From the IMG/VR virus record IMGVR_UViG_3300020367_000005: a stretch of 20,000 bases of DNA. One strand, written 5' to 3'. A program made the position numbers and the translations under genes. How positions within the stretch are numbered: the stretch's first letter is position 1; every line of letters begins with the position of its first letter. Shown piece after piece: positions 1 to 6,894 of this stretch. Under the pieces are notes generated by a model. That model had not been told where the DNA came from. It made no database searches and worked only from the letters and a program-made list of their open reading frames with translations. Source of the stretch: an uncultured virus (IMG/VR IMGVR_UViG_3300020367_000005). Its lineage: Duplodnaviria > Heunggongvirae > Uroviricota > Caudoviricetes > Kyanoviridae.

Positions 1-139
1 GGCCAGCGTGAGGAGGATTAAACCTACCGAAAGTAATCGCCACATGATTGTCAGCCTCCTGTGCTTCTGCTTTCTTTTCAGCAGCAGTCTTTCCAGGCTT
101 CTTAGTGGTTGCTTCTTTTAAAAATTGTGTAAAATTCAT
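1..139 (-). CDS. Cytidylyltransferase-like (HIGH-motif nucleotidyltransferase), 5' part only; runs off the window
   Basis: Not in the ORF track. Manual translation from ATG at 139: MNFTQFLKEATTKKPGKTAAEKKAEAQEADNHVAITFGRFNPPHAG(H). TFGRFNPPHxGH is the HIGH-type signature. ATGA overlap with the upstream stop codon (136-139). Confidence 0.85.
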   Translation of the reverse strand, partial: MNFTQFLKEATTKKPGKTAAEKKAEAQEADNHVAITFGRFNPPHAG

Positions 140-1326
140 CCCCAATCCTTTGCTGCGGTAAAGTTGGCACGACTAAATTCAAGTCTGTCAACTAATTTCA
201 ATGCGGTTCCCTCTCTGATTGCTACAAATCCCTCAGGTGTAGTAGCACGGTAACCATTTTCATCTTCCAAGAAGGTACCTATTCCTTCTATCTTATTCAA
301 TTTATTTATGATAATAAGTTTGGCATCCATCAGATTCCTAAACCCACTGAGGGCAGAATACATTGGACTCTTACTTTTATTTAGGTAATTTATAGCTTTG
401 TTCCTTCTTTCCTGCCACATTTTCTTTGCCTTATCTGTCTTCTTCTTATTGATCTCAGCATTGTATCTTTCATCTACGAAGTGACAGAATCCTTTGGCCA
501 TCGTAGCAGAGGAAGGTGGTATTCTATTCTCTTTGATTACTCTGTTGAAGTATATCTTAAACAGGGCATTATGGGCAAACGTGCCACGCTCTTCTTTGAT
601 ATCATTCAAGAATTTCTGACCTGCTCTTAGATTCCTATCGGCAGATGCTACTAGGGTCTTAAGTTTTGCTTTCTCAGAGGTACCAAGGTTTGCTTTACCA
701 TCTATATTCTGGAAGTCTGAAGAGAATACTGCAACGTCCTTAACACCCTGCAAACCCTTCACATCAGCACCAAAAGAGGCATGCATCTCAGTGATACTAT
801 CACCATGATATGTGGTGTGGAATACTATACCTAACTTACTTTGTCCTACCTTCTTACCCATCTCAGTATCTGATTCCACACAGTATGTAATGGTATTTGG
901 TTTAAACTTATAACATTTCTTACCACACATCTGTACCACCATTGGTACGTCAAAATATAATAAGTCACCTTGTAACACACCATCTATAGGTAGTTTAGAT
1001 AACTCATTGAGACACTTCTTAAGTATATTATTGATAGCACCTTCATAATGATAGTCTATATTCTCTTCATTGAAACAAATCTTAGGGGTAGTCTTATTGA
1101 ATACTGACTTAGTGCCAACGAAAAACATCCCTGTCTGAGGTTCCTTACCACATATAATAGCAGGTGCACCATCCCACTTCACGGTCACCCTAGTATTGGT
1201 ACCACCGTGACCAGTAGATAGCATCTCCTCTAATGACTTGAGGAAGTTAATTGAATTCTTTGCACCCGCATACCCCTGATTAAATATATCATCTTCAAGG
1301 TGCTCAAGGTGTGTGTTCTTTGCCAT
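136..1326 (-). CDS. Conserved T4-like phage hypothetical protein (DUF6267-like, from recall) with ATP-dependent ligase-like motifs
   Basis: 396-aa ORF. N-terminal KNTHLEHLED; motifs TVKWDG, LQGDLLY, PEGFV and LKLVDRLEFS. Coupled to the cytidylyltransferase gene. Confidence 0.7.
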   Translation of the reverse strand: MAKNTHLEHLEDDIFNQGYAGAKNSINFLKSLEEMLSTGHGGTNTRVTVKWDGAPAIICGKEPQTGMFFVGTKSVFNKTTPKICFNEENIDYHYEGAINNILKKCLNELSKLPIDGVLQGDLLYFDVPMVVQMCGKKCYKFKPNTITYCVESDTEMGKKVGQSKLGIVFHTTYHGDSITEMHASFGADVKGLQGVKDVAVFSSDFQNIDGKANLGTSEKAKLKTLVASADRNLRAGQKFLNDIKEERGTFAHNALFKIYFNRVIKENRIPPSSATMAKGFCHFVDERYNAEINKKKTDKAKKMWQERRNKAINYLNKSKSPMYSALSGFRNLMDAKLIIINKLNKIEGIGTFLEDENGYRATTPEGFVAIREGTALKLVDRLEFSRANFTAAKDWG

Positions 1327-1332
1327 GTCTTT

Positions 1333-1378
1333 ATTATAGCAGGTTAGTGTGGGTAATGGGTGGATGAGTGGTCAGTTT
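1333..1378 (-). promoter_or_regulatory. Sigma70-type extended -10 promoter (TGcTATAAT) with upstream AAACTGACCAC box
   Basis: Minus strand reads AAACTGACCAC...TGCTATAATAAAGACATG. TATAAT is at 1338-1333, in the intergenic gap. Confidence 0.6.
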
Positions 1379-2715
1379 GAGTACGGGACCATGGTCTCTA
1401 AGAATTTCTTAAATTCCTTGGTCATACCTGCAAAGAACTGAGGATAGGCAGTGAAACTACCCTTGTATCTCAATTCAATATCAAGTATAGGCATTCTATC
1501 CTTACTCTCAGCACCCTTAACAACAGTAAAGAATACCTTTGCTGCTTCTCTACCTGGACTAAATGTCTCTGTCTTATTTAATTCTATAGTAGTCTTAGCA
1601 TTACGATATGCTGCTATAGCAACTATAATACTATCTAAATCAACTACATTAGCATGTCCTACCAGTGGTTCCATGTTATTACCAACAGTTCCAACACCTT
1701 CTGTCAGATAAAATTTAAATTCTGCGTCACCCCAAGTGTCCAACTCATCTAAGAGACTTAACTTTAACACCCTATTTAATAGAGTGGATGCTAGTTTATC
1801 TTTGACCTTAGGTTTATTCATTATATCTAAGAAACCCTTATACAATGGGTTCAATATATTACCCTGACTGACTAGCTTACTGTTAACAAACTTCCTAAAC
1901 TCTTCTTGCTTACCAGTTGAATCTATTTTTCGTACCAAACCATCTCTGTCTGCTAACTCATTCTCAGACTTAAGGTTTATCAATGCAATATTTTCTACCT
2001 TATTATTCTTTACTCTTGGGACTCTTATATTCCATAACTCCTTAGCATCAGCAAGGTTATCTGGATTCAAATCAGCGATAGACTTACCACCCTTATCATA
2101 CTTGGTAGCAAACCCCTTCAATAACTTAGGGTCATCACATGCTTCCTTGATAACACCCGCAAAGAATTTAATCCTATGGTCATCCAACATATCCTTTGCA
2201 AACTTCAAGTCATCACCCTCAACATACTGTGAGAATGCGTTGTTGATAAGGGTGGGACTTGCTGACTGTGACTTGGGTTTCTTCTTTAAAGATATACCAT
2301 GATACTCACTACCAAACTGTAAGATAACGTCAGATGAATTATAATCTTTCATCCCAAACGCTTCTATCTTAAACTTCTCCACGTTTGGATGCCACTTGTT
2401 ACCTGTCAGGTATACATTATCTGGTATAGAATCTTTTTTATTTCTAGCACCAAGTATAGCAGACAATGCTGCTGCTAGGTCAGCATAAATTGCTTTCTGT
2501 TTTGCTGCTGTCGCTGAATCAATATCAGTGGCAGCAATCATACCATTCTTTGTCTTTTCGTCTGAAGCATCTAACACTTTTGGACCTGCTAGATTATCTC
2601 TAGCAGTCTTCATCAATTTCTCAAAGCAAATTTTATTATCCTTTGCTGCATCTAATACATTATGTGGAACCAACGCTAGACCTGCAAACAATCCTTCCGA
2701 CGGTTCGTAAGCCAT
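1372..2715 (-). CDS. Hypothetical protein, possible PD-(D/E)XK nuclease fold
   Basis: 447-aa ORF. SSDVIL...YHGISLKKK resembles the D...(S/E)xK catalytic pattern of restriction-endonuclease-like folds. Function is inferred only. Confidence 0.5.
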   Translation of the reverse strand: MAYEPSEGLFAGLALVPHNVLDAAKDNKICFEKLMKTARDNLAGPKVLDASDEKTKNGMIAATDIDSATAAKQKAIYADLAAALSAILGARNKKDSIPDNVYLTGNKWHPNVEKFKIEAFGMKDYNSSDVILQFGSEYHGISLKKKPKSQSASPTLINNAFSQYVEGDDLKFAKDMLDDHRIKFFAGVIKEACDDPKLLKGFATKYDKGGKSIADLNPDNLADAKELWNIRVPRVKNNKVENIALINLKSENELADRDGLVRKIDSTGKQEEFRKFVNSKLVSQGNILNPLYKGFLDIMNKPKVKDKLASTLLNRVLKLSLLDELDTWGDAEFKFYLTEGVGTVGNNMEPLVGHANVVDLDSIIVAIAAYRNAKTTIELNKTETFSPGREAAKVFFTVVKGAESKDRMPILDIELRYKGSFTAYPQFFAGMTKEFKKFLETMVPYSN

Positions 2716-2745
2716 AAAAATAGAGGGTATCTCTACCCTCTATTT
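2716..2745 (-). terminator. Perfect 12-bp hairpin with GAGA loop and T-run (intrinsic terminator and/or translation-blocking stem)
   Basis: Plus strand: AAATAGAGGGTA (2718-2729), loop, TACCCTCTATTT (2734-2745). The minus strand ends TTTTT immediately before the ATG at 2715. Confidence 0.7.
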
Positions 2746-2747
2746 AG
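2741..2747 (-). promoter_or_regulatory. T4-type late promoter (CTAAATA)
   Basis: Matches the TAAATA core of gp55-dependent late promoters, 25 nt upstream of the ATG at 2715. Confidence 0.6.
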
Positions 2748-2766
2748 TCTCTCTTGTGTGTGGGTG

Positions 2767-2939
2767 GGGAGGATGGAGTCCTGTGTACCATCAAGAGGAG
2801 GGCATTTCTACAGTTTAGAATTTCTCCTCTGCCTGAGACCCGACTGGTAAGTCGATTCTCCTAGTTCCCTAGGAGCAGCACCACCTGTGTCTCATCACCT
2901 TAACCAGCTATATGCCAGTAAGTTTATTCAGTCACTCCC
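2767..2939 (-). ncRNA. Structured RNA, probably the manA RNA motif
   Basis: Non-coding gap with nested helices: GGGAG/CUCCC termini (2939-2935 with 2771-2767); UGAGAC/GUCUCA (2894-2889 with 2839-2834) enclosing CUCCUAG-GGAA-CUAGGAG (2875-2858) and CGACU-UACC-AGUCG (2854-2841); AGAGGAG/CUCCUCU (2830-2824 with 2800-2794); GAUGG/CCAUC (2792-2788 with 2776-2772). The family name rests on recalled resemblance to cyanophage manA RNAs. Confidence 0.75.
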
Positions 2940-2972
2940 ATGTGAAGTGGCCTTCTTCACCCTTTTAATATA

Positions 2973-3314
2973 CTACCCTTCTTCTTCCTTGTCAAGCTCA
3001 AATATTAAATCTTTATATTTTCTCCATAATTCACCCACCCTTGGTTCAGTGTCACGTGACTTCCATAGTTGAGCAACGATGTCTTTCATATCATCCATTG
3101 GTACCACAACTGACAGACTACCATGTGTCTCCACCTCTGGTGGTGCAACTAAGTCATCACCTGATAATCTATCTAACTTCCTATGTAAATCATCTATCTT
3201 ATTGTCCATAACATAGAGTAACTCTTTTGAGGAAGCATCCCTATTGGCAGATGACCAGAAGTTTGCTATCTCTTCTTCTGGTCTAGGGTTGTCGTCAGGT
3301 ATTAATGATATCAT
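2973..3314 (-). CDS. Hypothetical protein
   Basis: 113-aa acidic ORF with a 4-nt overlap with the mazG stop codon. Confidence 0.7.
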   Translation of the reverse strand: MISLIPDDNPRPEEEIANFWSSANRDASSKELLYVMDNKIDDLHRKLDRLSGDDLVAPPEVETHGSLSVVVPMDDMKDIVAQLWKSRDTEPRVGELWRKYKDLIFELDKEEEG

Positions 3315-3964
3315 ATGTCCCCTGGTGCTCTGTTTTCTGAGTATCCTACCTCAAACATTTGATTAGGATAACGTGCTGCTAACTTAAGAGTATTAGTATA
3401 GATAACCTCATCTAATCTAAGGTCTAATGCTAGTGCTGCTTGTGCAACATACCACATGATGTCACCCAACTCTTTCTCTAAGTGCTCTTTGTTTGCTCTG
3501 TTATATGGTTTGCCTTGGAACTTTAACTTCTTAACTATCTCCATAAACTCACCTGCTTCAGAGCACATACCTGATGCAGCAGTGTCAAGACGAGAGATGT
3601 TACACTTAGCATCATGCAACTCTTTATATCTGTCTATTAAGTCAGGGAAATTCTTACTAGCATTTGATGTAACTCTATCTACAAATGCCATGTAGTTATC
3701 TAAGTCAATCTCAAACTTCTCTTTCTTACCACCTTTCTCTTTTGATTTCTTTTTCTTATCTTGTAGTACTTTACGAGCAGCAGGAGCACTACCCATACGC
3801 TCATCAGTATCATAGTCCTCAGCAGTCTTTGGTGCATCATCAGCCATCTGTTTGGCTTGATCCTTATTAGAGTCTACTTTATCTTGACTAGCATTCGACA
3901 ACTCTTCAGCAGCTTTATCCTGTTCTGGATCAGAAGGTGCTTGGTTGGTTAAATTTTCTGCCAT
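3311..3964 (-). CDS. mazG: MazG-like nucleotide pyrophosphohydrolase with N-terminal extension
   Basis: EAGEFMEIVKK...KELGDIMWY motif. Lies downstream of gp41, as is typical in cyanomyoviruses. Confidence 0.92.
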   Translation of the reverse strand: MAENLTNQAPSDPEQDKAAEELSNASQDKVDSNKDQAKQMADDAPKTAEDYDTDERMGSAPAARKVLQDKKKKSKEKGGKKEKFEIDLDNYMAFVDRVTSNASKNFPDLIDRYKELHDAKCNISRLDTAASGMCSEAGEFMEIVKKLKFQGKPYNRANKEHLEKELGDIMWYVAQAALALDLRLDEVIYTNTLKLAARYPNQMFEVGYSENRAPGDI

Positions 3965-5334
3965 TATACTTTAAATCCCTCGAATTGTTTCTTAGTATTA
4001 GTTGTTGGTTCGATATCACCTGCGTCGATGATATCATCTTGTGCACTTTGCTCACAATCATACAGCCTCATCTTCGCTCTGTCAATCCCTACAACGAATC
4101 TCTTATACATTGTAGGATCATTATAGCGATTCTTCAACTGCTTGACCATTATTTGTCCGAGTTGTTCCATATCTTCTGTACTGATGAGAGCAAGCATAAG
4201 GTCAGCAGTAGCGGGAAGACCGAATGACTCAGAGGTATCAGTAAGATCGACATCACTGTTAGCAAACCCACTACGAGTTGTTTGGGTTGCACTGACGATA
4301 GGAACATTAAACTCAACCGCCAAACCTCTAAGTTCTTCTGCAATCGCTTTGACATAGGTATAACTGTTAACTATAGTCCCTTTATATCTAGCTGAAGCAC
4401 ATATATTTAAGTAGTCTATGAATATAATATCAGGACTAAATCCTTTCTTCATGGACAACTCATTTAAGAGTGCCTTGAAGTGACCCACATGTGCTGATGC
4501 TGTGGGATACTCCTTGATGATTAACTTACCCTGTGTCTTCTTCTTTAACTGAAGCAACTTGGAGGAGTATTTTTCTTTTGTGAGGAGTGGGTCGTTGAGT
4601 GATTGGATTGGGATGTCCAAGAGGTTGGCATCAACTCGCTCTGCAATTTTCTCCTCTGCCATCTCCATTGTAATGTAGAGAACGTTCCTCCCTTGGAGCA
4701 GCACGGAGCTAGCAACATGGCACATGAATAAAGACTTCCCGACACCTGTACCAGCAAGTGCGATATTAAGAGTCTTATTAGGTAGACCACCTTTTGTAAT
4801 TTTGTTAAGATACTCAAGATCAAATGGTATCTTCTCTTCCTTCTTGTGATAGAAGTCGTATCGTTCATCAGAGTCCTGTATGTAATCGTGTCCTACATGA
4901 TCATCAAAACACACACCAAGGGCTTCAGACATGATACTAGGTATCGCATCCTTTGTACGTGTCTTGTCTTGTCCGTCAGCTATCTTGACAGACTCCATTA
5001 GAGCAAGATAAATTGCTCTTTCTTTGCACCACTTCTCAGTGGTTTCAACAAGCCAGTCCTCGTTATACGCTTCCCTATCTAAATTATTAAGAAACTGCTC
5101 GACCTCCTGATATATTTCCTCGGAGATGTCCCGACGTTTCTCTACTTCTATCTTTAGGGCATTAGGTTCGGGGGTAGCCTCAAATTTATTTACATAATCT
5201 GATAAGGCATTAAACAATACCTTATGAGTATGAGTATCAAAGTACTCATCCTTTATGAATGGTAAGACCTTCCTAGTATATGTCTCATTAAATATGAGAT
5301 TACTTAAGGTGATCTCTTCTATCTTTAAACTCAT
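3964..5334 (-). CDS. 41: Replicative DNA helicase (T4 gp41, DnaB-like)
   Basis: Walker A AGTGVGKS, IFIDYLNI, SATQTTRSG, SESFGLPATAD and KQLKNRY motifs. Confidence 0.97.
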   Translation of the reverse strand: MSLKIEEITLSNLIFNETYTRKVLPFIKDEYFDTHTHKVLFNALSDYVNKFEATPEPNALKIEVEKRRDISEEIYQEVEQFLNNLDREAYNEDWLVETTEKWCKERAIYLALMESVKIADGQDKTRTKDAIPSIMSEALGVCFDDHVGHDYIQDSDERYDFYHKKEEKIPFDLEYLNKITKGGLPNKTLNIALAGTGVGKSLFMCHVASSVLLQGRNVLYITMEMAEEKIAERVDANLLDIPIQSLNDPLLTKEKYSSKLLQLKKKTQGKLIIKEYPTASAHVGHFKALLNELSMKKGFSPDIIFIDYLNICASARYKGTIVNSYTYVKAIAEELRGLAVEFNVPIVSATQTTRSGFANSDVDLTDTSESFGLPATADLMLALISTEDMEQLGQIMVKQLKNRYNDPTMYKRFVVGIDRAKMRLYDCEQSAQDDIIDAGDIEPTTNTKKQFEGFKV

Positions 5335-5897
5335 GTATAATGTAAGTAGGTTATAAGAGAATACTTATCCTGCTCTTTCGGTGCTCTATATGAATGAGCA
5401 AACGTCCATGTCGCAGGGAACATTACTACTCTACCACGTTTTGCAGGGATAGCATAGTCAATGTCATCAAAGTATATGTCTCCATCCTCAAAGTCATCGT
5501 TTAAAAACATGTGATAGGTAACAAAGCGTCTAGCAGATGCATAGTCACCAACATCTATGTGACGGTTGAAGTGGTCAGCAGTCCTGTGCTGAAACTTCAT
5601 CATCTTAACTTGCTCTAGTGAGTTCTGTCTAGGCCAGTAACGTTCACAATCCAAATCTTTCATATACTTCTCACCACATGACTTGATGGCAAGTAAGCAC
5701 TGTTGATGTACAGGATTAAACTTTACATTCTGATTCTTTTCTACTTCCTCTGTGACATTTAACATAGAGAAAGCACACAAATCAGTATCCTGACGAGTTA
5801 TCTTATCAATCTCGTTATCGAATAAATCGATAGCATTCTTGCAAAAGTTTGCATCGAGAACATCATCATAGGTGATGATATAATCTTTAAGATCCAT
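5331..5897 (-). CDS. 2OG-Fe(II) oxygenase family protein
   Basis: HID...FLND...G...FPATWTFAH...K pattern. Start placed at ATG 5897 (MDLKDY), giving a short overlap with the uvsX end. Confidence 0.8.
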   Translation of the reverse strand: MDLKDYIITYDDVLDANFCKNAIDLFDNEIDKITRQDTDLCAFSMLNVTEEVEKNQNVKFNPVHQQCLLAIKSCGEKYMKDLDCERYWPRQNSLEQVKMMKFQHRTADHFNRHIDVGDYASARRFVTYHMFLNDDFEDGDIYFDDIDYAIPAKRGRVVMFPATWTFAHSYRAPKEQDKYSLITYLHYT

Positions 5898-6894
5898 ATG
5901 AAAACTCCTTCTGAGCACACTCATCTAGTGCTTGTAAAATTTCTGGCGAGAAATATTTATGTGGATCCTTAAGCATTGCAGAAGGATATACAGAACTATC
6001 ACCGACAACGATGCGATTTCCTTTACGCTCAAAGACTCCATATTTTTCTCCTAATTCTATCAAACCATAGTAACGATCCAATCCTCTTTCATCATAATAT
6101 AAACGGATCGCAACCTGAGCATTCTCTTTAGCAAGTCGAGACTTAGCAAGTTTTGCTTTAATAATATTACCGATAACCTCTTTACCATCCTTCTCCTTAG
6201 ACTTGCTAAGGTAGATGATATTAGTTGCAGCATATTTTAAACCACTACCTCCACCCATCTCTTTGGTAGGCATATAAGCACCCACCACATCATATGTATG
6301 GTTGGTAACTATTAAAGGAACATTTGCTTTACCAAGTTTCAATGTCAACACACGGAAGATAGATTTAACTACCTGTGCACGTGTCATATCTCTTGTTTCT
6401 TTACCTGCTTCACTGTCTTCCATCTCCTTAGAAGTGGATAGCATACCTAATGAATCAAGTACCATCATCATAGGTGGTTGATTCTTATCCTTCATATAAG
6501 TATCAAGAATCTTAATTGCTTGTGTCCGAAACTCCTGCACTGTAGTGACAGGTACTATAATCATACGCTTGGAATCAATATTCCTAGACTCGATCATCTC
6601 TTTACTTAACGCACTTTCAGACTCAAAGTAAATAACCCCACCATCAGGATTAGATTCGAGGAAATGACGTACGATACCAAGACAGAAAAACGTTTTGCCT
6701 GTGCTTGATTCACCTGCAATAGCAGTGATTTTGTTTCCTGGAACCCCTTTGTTGATGGATCCACTGACAAGTCCGTTAAAGATGTACGAGCCCGTATCGA
6801 TAAACGAACCAGTATCCCCAGCTGCAACACCATCAGCAACGATAGTAGCATATTCATTGTCTATTTCTTTTACTATATCTTTTAAAAAACTCAC
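5887..6894 (-). CDS. uvsX: RecA-like recombinase UvsX
   Basis: GESSTGKT Walker A, LDSLGML, DMTRAQ and [11 protein letters not shown]. Start is probably GTG at 6894 (GTGA overlap with the gp43 stop) rather than 6945. Confidence 0.96.
   Translation of the reverse strand: MSFLKDIVKEIDNEYATIVADGVAAGDTGSFIDTGSYIFNGLVSGSINKGVPGNKITAIAGESSTGKTFFCLGIVRHFLESNPDGGVIYFESESALSKEMIESRNIDSKRMIIVPVTTVQEFRTQAIKILDTYMKDKNQPPMMMVLDSLGMLSTSKEMEDSEAGKETRDMTRAQVVKSIFRVLTLKLGKANVPLIVTNHTYDVVGAYMPTKEMGGGSGLKYAATNIIYLSKSKEKDGKEVIGNIIKAKLAKSRLAKENAQVAIRLYYDERGLDRYYGLIELGEKYGVFERKGNRIVVGDSSVYPSAMLKDPHKYFSPEILQALDECAQKEFSYGS

Noticed and set aside
2767..2939. Possible tRNA, CRISPR array or group I intron
   Set aside because: There is no cloverleaf with a T-psi-C arm, no repeat-spacer periodicity, and the element does not interrupt a gene.
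2887..3072. 61-aa plus-strand ORF
   Set aside because: It is antisense to the structured RNA and the 113-aa gene, with no supporting expression signals.
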